Below, piece after piece: positions 25,226 to 39,200 of a DNA stretch of 64,000 nucleotides (positions within the stretch are counted from its first letter, which is position 1; the number at the start of each line of letters is the position of its first letter). Below the pieces are notes generated by a model. It was not told where the DNA came from. It did no database searches and worked only from the letters and a program-made list of their open reading frames with translations. Source of the DNA: Gnetum montanum (Eukaryota > Plantae > Gnetophyta); the NCBI GenBank assembly GCA_015680685.1, contig MNCI01003412.1, positions 124,001 through 188,000 on the forward strand, in the 5' to 3' direction. The position numbers were made by a program, and so were the translations under genes.

Positions 25226-25337
25226 ACAAGAATATTTGTTATCTAAGTTCATTACATTTAAAGAGCTTGATAGTCTTAGCATGCCAACAATTCTTTTTTA
25301 TTCTAGGAGGGCTTAAAAGAAAATTAGATATTATTTT

Positions 25338-28300
25338 AATGACCAAATAGACTGGTAGTTTAGAAGATTTTGAAGTATTATCTGATTGTAAGATTGATTA
25401 TTCATCGGAGGAAGATTAGAAAAAGGTTTTTAAGCTTGGGATAAGTAGTGGAGTAAAATCTAGAAGGATAAAGAGTTCACCTCTTTTGTTTGGTTTAATG
25501 AAAAGGAATCCTAATAGGATGGAAAATACACAACTAGTGAATCCTTGGCAAAGAGTTACTTCACTAGGGTTTCAAAACTACAACAATATTCCTAAGGCAA
25601 TTTACAAATATTTTTCTAATCCTTTTATTCCTAGAAAAGCTTACTTGGCTGAAGAATACACTCACCTATTTGAGTTAGCTTTAGGTCATGCAAATATTTA
25701 ACACCAAGATCAAGCTTGTAGGTTGTTCATAGCAAATTTAAAGGATATGACTCAAATTTGGTATTCAAACTTGCCAAGCAATAGTATCGCAAGTTGGGAT
25801 GATATGAAAAGCCTTTTCCTGGCTTAGTTTGGCAATCAATTAGATCAATAACAACTGTACTATGGACTAGTACAAGCTAAGCAAGGAGCTAAAGAGTTAA
25901 TTAGAGACTTTAACATTAAATTTCAATGAATTTTTGGGCTCTTTCAAAGACAATATAGACCATCACATGAAATGCTTAGAGATACTTATCTTAAGGCTGT
26001 GAATCCAAATATTTCAATTGGTTAAGGAGAACTCCAAACTTGCTATCATTGAATGACTACTTTAATGAGGCTATATAGTTGGAAAAATAGTTGAATTTAA
26101 ATAATGAAGAAATCATCACCACTCAAAAAAGAGAAGAAAAAATTAGAATCCCTGTGCAAGGTTTTGCACTACTTAAAGCATTACTAGGGCCAACTCGTAT
26201 TAAGACAGAGCAAGAGTTAGAAAGCAAAGAATCTAAAAAAGGACAATTAATGAAAGACTTGTCCAACAAAGTAGTCAAACTAGAAAAAGCTTTGGAAAAA
26301 GTTAAAATAAAAAAGTAAAAGAAAAATAGAAAACATAAGCATCAAGACACTAAGTTAGAAGATGATGAGGATGAGAGTGATCTTGCTATGTCCAACTTCC
26401 TTGATATTAAATCTGATAATGAGCTATCTAGTGTTCATTATGCAAACAAATCTTCTGAGAATGGATCTAGTGATACCTCTTCTCTATCAAGTTATGAAGA
26501 GGATATATCATCGAATGAAGAGTGTAATAACAATGAAGAAAATGGATATAATCTATGATCAAAAGAAAGATCAACTACTTCTAGGCCTCCAAATGTTACT
26601 TTTGATCTATCCACTAAGAGGAAGGTTTTTGAACCACATAGATGAAAGAAAAATAAAAGTAAAGATAATCAAGTAGAGCAAAATACTCAAAATTAGACTT
26701 TTAATAAATAGATGAAGAAACCAATATTTTATGGAGAAGGAGAATATGATCTAATTGAGAATCTTAAACACGTTAACACCAACATCGATATATATCAATT
26801 GTTACAAATAGGAGATTAACAAAAAAAATATTTAGAGATTATTAAAGGTAAAAGGGGAGCTGGAGACTCAAAGTTAAGCTATGTGTTTAATATTAATAAG
26901 ATAAAAAAAAATAGCTATGTTTGTACTCTTTATAAAGAAGCTCCTCCTTTTCTTTTGACAATGAAGTTAAAAGACAAATATCTTCAAAATTGTCTTGTTG
27001 ATTTTGGAGCTATATTTACCATCATGCCATTGTTTATATGCAAAAAAATTGGTTTAATTCCTGAACAATCCAATAAAAGGATCATTTAAATGGACAAGAG
27101 TAGAGTAGAGATTGTGGATCAATTGCCCAATGTTCTATTAGAAATTGCTTTTAAACCCCATATAAAAAATAGAATAACTATTCAAGTAGCACATATCCTA
27201 GATTCACATAGTCTTTTATTAAGTAGAAGCTAGAGTAAAAATTTCTTAGATTATGTATCAATAGATTATTCACATATGTGGCTACCTTGGAAAGGGGAAC
27301 CAAATCAAATATACATATATAGTGAATCTTTGATGATTGAAAACATTTCTTTGAATGGGAAAAACAAAGTTGTTAAAACAAGAGTTGTTGAATCAAAAAT
27401 TTACACACTTCAAGAAGTTTATAATTTGGAAAAAGAGAAATCTAAAGATGAGAATAAGTGGGAGTTACATTTTGATGGTTCTAGAGTTGGAGTAGTTTTA
27501 GTAAAAGATGATTCCCCAAAAATTTTAAAGGCAATTCATTTATCTTTCTCTTGCATGAAGAACAAGGCTAAATATTAAGCTTTAAGTATTGGAATTAAAA
27601 CAACATTGGAAAATAGAAGTAGGGTAATCACCATAAAAGGAGATTCAAGATTGGTTTGTAAACAAATCAAAGGAAATTGTGTAGTCAAAAGCTCATTCTT
27701 GTAGCCTTATAAACAGCTCATCTACAAAATGCTGGATTAGTTTCATCAATATAAAATGGAACATATAAGTAGGAAAGATAACCACATAGTAGATGATTTA
27801 GCAAAGGCAACTTCAACATTATATGTAAAAAGTATAGAAAATTATGAAGATGTAGTAATTGAAAATGAACATCATCCATTAATATTAGATAACATAAAAC
27901 ACTTACAAGTATTTGAAGATAATAATCAATTGCTTAGGTTCCTAAAGAATAAGCAAGAATTCAAAAGTCAAATCACACTTAAAACAATGTCAAGTTTTAA
28001 GTCTAATTTGATTCCCAAAAAGTTGATCAATTATGAATGCAAGTTTAGTAAAAATCTACTCATAGGAAAAGATATGTAGAATTTTGATGATCAAGCTTAT
28101 GAAATAGTGAATCTTGGATCTACTAAAATACCAAGGATGTTGAATGTCACAAAGGAAAATAATTCAGTTTTCAGGAATTTTTTTTTGTTATTGTTAAAAA
28201 ATAATTTAGAAAATTTCACTTGGTCTTCTGATGATCTTAAAGCTTTTAAGCTAGATTTGATGACACATGAAATTCCTTTGAAAAATTGTTGTAAGATAGT

Positions 28301-30800
28301 TAAACAAAAGAAAAGGAAATTCAATCCATCGTTTGAACTAGTTATGGAAGCTGAGATCAAGGAGCTATTGCAAGCTCAAATCATATATCCAGCTCAATAT
28401 TCAACATGGCTTGCTAATCTTGTTCCAGTAAGAAAGAAGAATGATGATATTAGGCTTTGTGTGGAATTTAGAAATTTGAATGAAGCCTCTAAAAAATATA
28501 AATACCCACTTCGTAGAATTCATGAAATATTGAAGATGTTAAGTATATTCTTTCCTAGATGGTTTTTCAGGCTATAATTAGACTATGGTAGATAAGGGTG
28601 ATAAATCTAAAACAACATTTATCACCAAGTGGAAAATGTTTTCTTACAAAAGAATGTTGTTTGGATTGTCAAATGTTGGAGCTACTTTCCAAAGAGCAAT
28701 GGACTTGAATTTTAAAGGTTTAATAGGCAAGTTTGTCATGGTTTATTTAGATGATATCACTGTCCATTCAAAACAGAATGAAGATCATATTGGTCACCTC
28801 CAACAAATTTTTGATAGATGTCGTGAGTATGGTATTTCATTAAATCCTCAAAAATGTATTTTTAGGGGTAAGTTTGGAAGTTTTCTAGGTCATGTAATTT
28901 GCCAAGAAGGAATTTCTATAGATGACTCATGAATTCAAGCTTTACAAAATATTAAGCATACAATAAATAAAAGGTCTCTTAGATCGTTCTTTGGAAAGAT
29001 AAATTTTGTAAAGAAATTCTTCCTAGGATTCACTGAAATTACTTAACCTTTGATGCATATGCTCAAGAAAGATATTCTAGTAAGGAAAACACCAAAGTTA
29101 GAGAAAGCCTTGGAAAAAATTAAAAAGTCTATTCAAGAAGCTCTATATTTGGTAAAACCAAAATTGAGGGAAGATTCTTGGTTATATGCTTCTACCTCAA
29201 AGGATTCAATTATTGTTGTTTTAACTCAAAAAGATGAAGGTCAAGATGAATCAATTGGATTTTTTTTGGTATTAGTTGAAATGTTTTGAATTAAATTATT
29301 CAGATTTAGAAAAATAAGCATTTGCAGTCATTAAAGCACTTTTGCATTTTAAATATTAATTGGAAAGCTCATTGGTTCATATTATGTTAATAGATCTTGT
29401 AGTTAAACAATTCTTGACTCAAAATGAAATTGGATTGAAAAGAGAGAAGTGGCTTATAAAATTTCAAGGTTTTAGATTTTCATTGGAAATATGCAAAACT
29501 ATTAAAGGAATGGGATTAGCCAAGTTAATGGCTAGAAAAAACAAAATATGTATGCTAAGGACTCATGAAGGAAGTTGGTATGATGAAATCCTAGAATTCC
29601 TCAACACAAGAAAGGTTTCAAATAATTTAATTGCAAGTTAGAAATGAGCTTTCTTCAAAAAGGCAAATAAATTTTTGGTTAAAGATAGAATTTTATACAG
29701 AAAGGACTTTAGAGGGGTTTTTTTTGGAATGTGTTCATGATGATCAAGTTAATCCCATCTTAGAACAATTTCATGATTGTGCTAATTTATTTTATGAATA
29801 TGCTAAGTCCACCATGCAACATATACTCTGCGATGGTTTTTATTGGCCTATCATGTACTAAGATGTTAGCTTGAAAATAAAAAAATGTTATAAGTGTCAG
29901 ATTCATGGATTAAAAATCAAAAAGGCTAGAGCTCCCTTAAAACCAATAATTGCAGATAGACCATTTCAACAATGGGGCTTAGATTTTATTGGCACAATTA
30001 CTCCTTCAAGAGCTAGACATAAGTTTATTCTCATGTCCACCGATGATTTTACTAAATGATTTGAAGAAAAAGCTCTAAGGAATTGTTCAATAGTGGATGT
30101 GATTAATTTCCTGGAAGATCAAATTCTAAGTTTCTTTGGTATGCCTAAAGCGTTGGTATCTAATAATGGACTTGCTTTTCAATTTGAAACATTTATAACA
30201 TAGTCATCGGAGAAATCCATTTCTCTATTTTCTTCTCCTAATTATTATCCTTAAGGAAATGGCTTAGCTAAATCTACAAATAAAAAGCTTATTTCTTATA
30301 TTAATAGGTCAATGGAGGGAAATTTAGGAAATTAGATCAATTACTTACAATCTGCATTATGGACTGACTATATTTGGTTTTAAAAGGCTATCAGGATGTT
30401 AGCTTATAATTTGGTTTACAGTTCACTTGCAAGAGTTATGAATAAAATTTGTACTAAAGTATAGTGAAAAAATAGATAAGGATAGAAACTTCATGACCTT
30501 GCTTATTAAAAGAGAAGCCGAAATGGATAAAGCTAAGGACAATTTATTAAAAAATGTTTCTCAAGTTAAAAGATGGTTCAATAGAAAGGCGTTGAAAAGA
30601 GCTTTTAAAGTTGGCAATCGTGTATTATTATTGAATATGAAAAAGATGAATAAAGTTTCAGCAAGATAGATGGGTCCATTCTAGATTAAGAAATAATTAT
30701 TTGAAGACACATACAAGTTATCCACATTACGTGGAATGGAATTACAGCTTTCATATAATGTTTTACATATAAAACATTACTTTGGGCAACATAGAATATA
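25338..30800 (+). pseudogene. gag-pol: Decayed gag-pol: gag ~25500-26100, PR ~26990, aRH ~27455-27815, RT ~28210-28930, RH ~29180-29510, INT ~29730-30790
   Basis: WYSNLPSNSIASWDDMK; CLVDFGA; WELHFDGS...GDSRLV...HISRKDNHIVDDLAK; VYLDDITVHS; PFQQWGLDFIG. Confidence 0.92.
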
Positions 30801-31383
30801 TAAATATAATAATAATATAGTATATAGTAATAACATAATGATAATGATAATTATAATCTTATGTATACATGGTAGTAAGTAACAAATTTTATATATAATA
30901 TATATATATACTTAATAATAGCATACATAATAAAATAATATTTATATATATACTTATATGAGAATAATATTTAATTGTGACAAGAGACATATGTGTGTGT
31001 GTGTGTGTGTAAAATAAAATATATGTATGTAAGAATGTTAGTTTAAATATTAAATTTAATTTATCATAAGTAATCATTACATGTTATGTGTGTTAAGTAT
31101 ACTTAAGTGGGAGTGGAAGTTTAAATAACCACATAGTGGAAAATTAAATTAAAGAACCACATAGTGGAGATTAAATTAATCAACTATGTGGTGGTGGAAA
31201 ATGAATAAGCCACAGTTGAGTAGAAAAGTTGGTTATTTGAATAAGTGGGAATTTCAAATTTTTCTTGCACTATATAAAGAGTTATGGTTTGCTTGAAAAC
31301 ACAACATTTTCCAATTCAACATTTGAGAAAGGAAAAGCAAGTGAAGTGTTATAGTTTAAGGTAGAAAGTGAGCTTAAGGAGAG

Positions 31384-31884
31384 ATGGTAGCAAGAAGACC
31401 TTTTATTTCATATGTGACTAGTTGTTGGCCAGAGCATGTCATGAGAGGCTTTTGTAAGGAAACTTCTCATGGTGCATCTATCGAAAGTCCATTCTTACTT
31501 TGACTTTTAGATGAATTTAGCTTTCTCACCAGTGGATGCTCCATTCATTCAAATGTTTAGGGTAGTTTTCACCAGTGTACGATAGAAGTTGAACACCAAG
31601 GAGAGTCTAATTAGGATGATTCTTGGGGAGAAGCTTTCATATGTCAGAATACAAAAGAAATTTATTGGGAGTAGCATCACAAATTAGCAACCAAGGAATT
31701 GGCTCAAAAAGAGATAGAGATAGTTGCTAGAAATAATGGTGAAGCAAAAGAAGTTGAAGCTCCAACAAGGAAAAAAGAAGAAAGCAGGGCATTCATCACC
31801 ACAGAAATTGAATATGAAAGAATTCATAATATGAGGATCCTGAAAAGGATTACCTTGACTATTCTCTTCCCTCTTGCAGAATAG
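31384..31884 (+). pseudogene. Putative decayed accessory ORF (~166 codons) downstream of INT
   Basis: Single frame from ATG 31384 to TAG 31884 with four internal TGA/TAG stops; TATATAAAG ~110 bp upstream. Confidence 0.4.
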
Positions 31885-32087
31885 TTGATAAAAAAATCTG
31901 TTAATAAAATTTGTATTTAGTTTTATAGGAATGAGGTTTTTATACCATCAAACCTTAAGTTTGGTAGAAATTTTCCTTAAAAAATGATTTCTAGTTTTTC
32001 ATGTAAAAAAATGCCCAATAAATTTTTTTTTTCTCAATTAATGTACATTAGAAAATATTTTCAATCTTAAAATTCTTTAAGAAATTT

Positions 32088-32105
32088 AAGAAAGGGGATA
32101 AGAAA
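32088..32105 (+). other. Polypurine tract of the outer element
   Basis: AAGAAAGGGGATAAGAAA immediately before TGTTGG. Confidence 0.85.
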
Positions 32106-33599
32106 TGTTGGCACATTTCTTCCATTCGATGGAGTAGTGATTTGTGACTATGATGTAGGCTACAACAAAGATTCTAAAGTTGTTTGAAAAAGCCCTTGTA
32201 TTTCATATATGAATGATAGGTTTATTCCTAGCTTGGAAGATGAAGCTGTTGGTAGTTCAACCAAGGAATCCCTTAACTTATCAAATCATGCAATTTGCAA
32301 CCCCAATGATGTAATAGCATGTTTTATATCCCTTGAAAGATCAATGGAGATGCTTGTTGGTTTGAGTAAATTTGATGATCATGAAAGTTTCGATGCCCTA
32401 GATGATAAAGAGTTTGACTTCCTAAGAAAGCTTTTGAAGAATAGAAATATATATCTTGATTGTAAGCATTTAGTGACATCATTGTCCTTAATAACTAAAG
32501 TGCAATTGAAAACTGCAAACACCATACCAAAAATCTCATTATCTTTGATTGTCTCTTGAATACTTTCACCTTTTCCTATTAAAAAGGCAGAGTTTGCTCT
32601 AGAAAATTAGCTTGAAGGCATTGTTAAAAAGTTATCAGAAAGAGATTTTAATGATGCTAAATCATTTCAGGAAGAACTGATACTTAGTGGCTTGAAGAAT
32701 TTGCATTGTTCACTGGATTGGATAAAGGTTCCATTCAACTTTTGATTTTTGCAACATGATTATATCAAAGAAAAAGGTTTATTTCATTTGGCCATGACAT
32801 TGATGATAAATGTTATGGAACTAAAAATGGTAAAAATAACTTCTTAAAACCATACAACATGGCAATGTATGATTGCATTGATTGAAAATAACAATTTTTG
32901 CAAAAATATGGTCAGAAGTAGATGCATTCATATGACAGCCTAGTTGCAAGAAATGCAATGGATTCAGAATGTTTCATGTTTTTTGTTTCTACAACGAAAC
33001 TTGTTTCAAAACCTGGTTGCTTTAGGTGTTTACTGTTCTTGGCATATTAATATATTTTTCTAAGAAAATGGAAAGGTTTTCCCATCGTTATTAAATGAAA
33101 TATATTTAAATTAGGGATATTTTGTCATAAACTATAATTTCTTTTATAATATATGAGTTATATTGGTAGTTCTCTTTCCATGTATCACTTATGTTTCATT
33201 TTTGACATGGAAATATTCAAATTCTTCTAAATTATTGCTTGGATTCGTTATGTTCAAATCTCTACAGATTATCTTTTTCAACAAGGAATCACAATTCTGA
33301 TGATAACTATGCACAATACTCAAAGATTTGCAATAATAGATGCAGTTGTTATGAAGATAATATTCATGATTATGAAAAAATCAAAATGTATTCATCTTAT
33401 CTAATTTATGCCCATTCACGGTAAAGAATTTGGTACCAATTAGTACTATCTATCATATATTGGAAAAAAAAATTCTTTAATTGTAATTTTACCAATTCGA
33501 TGGATATAAACACATACACAACAAGAAAGAAAATTTAAGTTGAGAATTGGTATAGAGGCTGACCCAAATTCAAATGTGAAGACCATGTTGCAAAGCTAG
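32106..33599 (+). repeat. Outer 3' LTR, left part
   Basis: Colinear with 6400-7591; carries ~300 bp (about 32935-33250) absent from the 5' copy. Confidence 0.92.
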
Positions 33600-36289
33600 T
33601 GTTACACCCCACCTAGAGCTAGTAGGTATGATCATTCGCTTATCATTTAGACATTACATGTGGAGTCCCAGTGGGTTTTGAGGCTTCATTTTTTATATGT
33701 ATTTTATATGTTATGAGGCTTCATTTTTTTGTTATGATTATGATGTATTTACATGCTTAACTAACATGATTATGTACACTAGCCTTGTGTGATGTGTTAA
33801 ACACGTGAGGTTGCTAGTAGGAGTGTTGGATTGGGGTACAAGAGCACCGATCCCATATGTTTTTATACTTTATGTGTGATTTTGGAAGGTAGGCATTTGT
33901 ACTATAGCACTATGTTGCATGATGTTCGGGTGTAGTTTTGGCATGTGAATGTGTAGCACATGTGATAAGGATCTTGTAGATTTGGAATCCCATTGTGTTT
34001 GTTACGTAGGTTTAAAGTTTACAGGGGTAGAGACAAAAATAAAACTAACTTATGAAAATATCATTTAAAAAAATGATAAATAATTCAAGTTAAAAAATAA
34101 CCAAGGCAAAAAGTAAAACTCACGTAGCACGTGCCGTGCACCTAATAAACCCAAAAAAGGTTCAATGTATATTATGTTTATTTTTTCCCTTAGTATTTCC
34201 ATCACCACGGGTGACATCACTATTTTTTTTTGTTGCCACCATAAGTAACGTGGCCTAATTTTTTTTTGTTTTCTTCTATTTTTTGCCATATTTCTTTCTA
34301 TTCTCTCTTTTTTTTTTTTTGGATTCTAAGCCTTGTGGACACTTTTTGCTTATTCTAAACTTAGATTTGGGGTTGCTGCTATCATATTGACATGGGTGTA
34401 GAACTTGTTGGGAGCAAAACAGAGTCCTGCTAGATTTTTGAGGATTTTCTCCTTGTTTCAGCCTTTCTGCCCCAACAATTTTAATTGGTGGGTTGTCTTT
34501 GCCTTTTCCCTATATTTTTGTTCTGGATTAGTGTATATGATTATGCGATGTGGGCATGTGGGATAGATAGCTCAAGGATTGAGCTTGGACATGTTATTTT
34601 GTTTTTCCCAAATTTGTCTAATTTTGGAATGTGGATGATATGGACTTGTGGATTGTGATATGTGATGTTGATGAACCTTGTATGATATGTTTTTTGTGGG
34701 GCCTATTGGGGTGTGAGCATTCTTGGGCATTCTAAATATTATTTTATTAACCAAACTTTGAATGTGCATAACTTTACTTCTAGAAGTTTGATTTAGGTAA
34801 AATTCGTGTTGTTGGGATCATTTTGGGAAGTACTTTTTAATCATGGGATTAGTTTTCTCTTTGGACATATTTCATTTTGAAGGTTATTCTAGTGGTCATT
34901 TGTATGAAGGTTCATGTCTTTTAAGGAATAGGATATTGTTTGTCATAATGAGGGCTTCCTACTATTTTGTTGCATCATGGTATTATTTTCATGGCATGAT
35001 TGTACCTGTTAGGGATGGATCTGTGTAGTTGTTTGGTTGGGTGTGTTGTGCTTCTAATATGTGTTGCCTTAAGCTAGCCAAACTATGTATATGTTTTTGT
35101 GATGATGCTTGTGACAGTCGTTGGTGGGTGGTGCTAGCATGAGGGTGTGGACCGATTGGTGATGAGGCACCTTGGAGGTAGTATGGATTGACCCTTCTAT
35201 GATGCATCAGTAAGGCTCCTATCTCAGGCCTCATCTTGAGAGTGGGAGAGCATAGGTTTGTTTGTTCCTACAACTAGTCCATGACATAGGTGTGTTTGTC
35301 CCTATCACTAGTCCTCTAGAAGGTTAGTGGTTGCGGGTCACATGTTGATGAACCCTAGCACTAGTTGGATAAATAAAAGACTAAAAAAGACTTGCAGGTA
35401 ATGGATATTATGAATACTCATGGCAACGTTTCACATGCTACACTAAACGTGAATTTGTTAGTATCCACGTGGGCTATGTATGTGATAGTATTGATTTGTG
35501 AGTCATATTGTTGAGTCTAGGTGTTCTATTTGGATTATGATTGTGTGGATCATGGACTATTTTTGGTATATCATGGGCATGATAGATGATGTTGGACCAT
35601 GGCTTTGTTTGTGCTTATATGATCATATGTTAGCTTTATGGTTGATATGGTGTGTGTTTTTTTAAGCATGCATGAGACTAACAGTGTTGTAGGTTGCCTT
35701 GTACCTCACTCCTCTTCTCTAGTGTAGAACTTGTTAACCATCTAGCAAGGGAAGTGTAAAGGCTTCCCACTTAGTTGTGTACTGACCTTATTTCATTATA
35801 GGTGAAAAGTGGAGGAGTCTAGATGAGCACAAAGAGAGAGAGAGAGTAGAGGAGGGAAATCCTTCAGTGCTTGGTTATCATATATTTTCATGGACAGTAG
35901 TGTGGACTAGATATCCTTATATGGAACTCTCTATACTATACTCTTCTATATATGATGATGAGGTTTATGTGTTTTTTTTTTTTGTATTTTCGTAGAGTAG
36001 TTTATAGTTTGCTTTATGTAGATATATTCATTTTGATGATGTGATATGTATGTTTTATTTTTGGTACGGTAGGAAAGTTCTATATTGTTTAACTTTTCTT
36101 ATTAGCATGTATTTTGCACATTATTGGTTCTAGTTGTTATGCTTTCATGCTAAGATTACTTGATCTTAGGCATCACCTTACCCTAGCTAGGGCAGGGATT
36201 ACATTGTGGTATTGGAGCTAGTTTACTCTGATGTTGTATGATGGTATGGATACTCACCCATTTGTGTAATTTTAGGTTACAGAGATGTA

Positions 36290-39200
36290 TAGTTGACGTG
36301 GTCATGGTGTTGGTGGGGCCTGTAGACTAGAAGGCTCTAATGAGGGATAAGAGTAGCCTCCTCCAACATCTAGCAATGGTCCTACAAATAGGCAACTAGA
36401 GCTTATACAATAATTGTTACAAATCCTGTAGCAGCATGTTGCAGCTAGTGATGCTCTTGCTCCTATTCCCATGATTAGGGAAGTGGGAAGTGGTAGTGGT
36501 AGTGGAGGCTCAAGAGAAGTAAATAGGCAGCCTATTAATAGGGAACTAGTGGAGTAGTTTCTGAAATTGGGACCTCCAAAATTTGATGGCCCTGAGGGTC
36601 CCATTGTGGCTACAAAATGGTTGGAGGAATTGCAATAGGATTTTGATTTGATGGACTATTCATCAATGTAGTAGACTAGCTTGGCAGTTTATCAAGTTAT
36701 TGGTATTGCCCAGCAGGCCAAGGGATGGATTGGTCAAGAGGTGGAATGGAATGATTTTCTAGCATCTTTTAGAGGTTATTATGTGTCTACCCAATACGCA
36801 CATGCCAAGGAAGATGAGTTTTACCATTTGTATCAAGGTAGTTGGTCTATGGCAGAGTATGATACTCGTTTCTTTGAGTTGAGTAGTTATGTACCCTAGA
36901 TGCAAAAAAATGCTTGGGCATGGGCAAACAGGTTTGTTCAAGGCTTGAGACCATCTTTGAAGGATCATCCATTACCTCTCAGATGGACTTCTTATGATGA
37001 AGCTAGAGTAGTAGCCATGGATTTAGAGAGGAGTCAGTAGGAGGATACAGTGCGTAGAGAGAGGAAATAAGGATAGAAGAGAGGATTGACATCTAGAGAG
37101 AGGCCTAGCCCTTCTAAGTAAGCTCATGACCATGGAGGAGAGTGTCCAACACCTGCTCATAGTCCTATTATTGTAGTTGGTCATGGAGCTATTTTTTGTT
37201 ATAGATGTGGGTAGCTCTAGAATTGTTTTGCATGTGGGAAGCCATGGCATCAGGCTCAAGAGTGCCCAAAGTAAGCAAGCAGTAGTGGAGGGGGTAGAGG
37301 CCAAGGATAGTGACCTCTAGTTTAGGGGGAATGGGAAGCACCAATCACTCAGCTTGAAGGAGGGGACCAAAGGACTTAAGAATAGGTGTATGCCTTAACA
37401 GACCAACCTTTGGACATGTAGCCAAACATAGTGATGGAGGGCTTTGCTATGTTAATGTTATTTGATCCTAGTGCTAGCCATTCTTTCATAGATCCTATGG
37501 TTGCACATCATGTAGCTCTTGTATGTCATTCTCTTTCTCCTAGGTTGATAGCATCTTTTGCTAGGGGTGATGAAACTTGAGTTGATTAGATGTGTAGGAA
37601 TGTACCAGTAGAATTGAAAGGTGTGTAATGGGTTAGTAACTTACATGTTCTGGCTCTTGGGATGTATGATGTAAATTTGGGAATGGATTGGTTGTTGTAG
37701 TTTAATGCTAGTTTGGACTGTCGGCAAAAGCTTCTACACTTACAATTAGTTGATGGTGCTCTGATTGAGATACAAACTCATCTAAGGATTGTGCGCCTAG
37801 ATTTAGTCTCCTCTCAAATGTACCGTAGGATGCTACAAAAATGGCATGCATGCTTTGTGGCTACAATTTATAAAACAAATATGGTGGAGATAGATCAAAT
37901 TCCTATGGTTCATGAATTCCTTGATGCATTCTAGTCCGAATTACTAGGTTTGCCACCTAGGTGAGAGATTGAGTTAGAGATCAAACTTAAACATGGTATA
38001 AAGCCTATTTCCAAGGCTCTAGATAGGATGTCTCCCATAGAGCTAGCAGAGCTAAAGATTTAGCTACAGGAATTATTGGATAAAGGCCTTATTTGCTCGA
38101 GTGTATCACCGTGGGGTGCACCAGTGCTTTTTGTTAAAAAGAAGGATGGGGTTTTGTGGTTATGCATAGATTATAGGTAGTTAAATGAAGTGACTGTGAA
38201 AAATAGATATATTTTTCCATGCATTGATGACTTGATGGATTAGCTTTGGGGAGCTCATGTTTTCTCAAAGATTGATCTCAAGTTTGGGTATCATCAAGTG
38301 TGGTTTGTAAGTAGGATGTGTCAAAGATAGCATTCAAAACATGGTATGACCACTATGAGTTTTTGGTGCTACCCTTTGGGTTGACAAATGCACCAATAGT
38401 TTTCATGCACCTCATGAATAGTGTGATGTGTCCATTCCTAGATTAGTTTGGAATTGTGTTCATTGATGATATCTTAGTATATTCTCCCAATGAGAAATTG
38501 CATGTAGAGCACTTGAAGATGGTTTTATAGACTTTGAGGGAGTACCAATTGTATGCTTAGCCATCCAAGTGTTCATTTTGGCGATTAGAGATTTAGTTCC
38601 TAGGACATGTGGTGTTAGGAGCTAGTATCTTTGTGGATCTTGCGAACATTGTAGTTGTTCGTGATTGGCCTATGCTACACTTAGTAGTGGAGGTACGAAG
38701 CTTCTCGAGGTTAGCAAGATATTACTAGAGGTTTGTGGAACATTTCTCTTGCATAGCATCTCCTTTGACCTGATTGTTAAGGAAGGAGACTATCTTTACT
38801 TGGGGCCCAAATTGTCAGGCCGCATTTGAGGCATTGAAACATAGATTGGTGACTACTCCTGTACTAATATCTCCTACACTAGGACATCCATATGATGTTA
38901 ATACTAATGCTTCTAGGGATGGATTCGGTTGTGTGTTGATGCAAAAGGGATAGGTTGTGGCTTATGCATCCCATCAATTGAGGTCACATGAAACAAGATA
39001 TTTTGTGCATGATCTAGAATTGGGTGCTGTGATCTTTACCTTGAAGATTTGGTAGCATTATCTATATGGAGAATAGATGACTATTTGGATTGACCATAAG
39101 AGCCTCCAATATCTTATGATTCAGCCACAATTGAACCTGGGACAACGTAGATGGGTGAAGTTGCTTGTTGATTTTGATTTCACTATTAAATGTAGGCATG

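Noticed and set aside
30800-31080. AT-rich and (GT)n tract, and ORF 30889-31077
   Set aside because: Ordinary microsatellite and low-complexity sequence; the ORF is spurious
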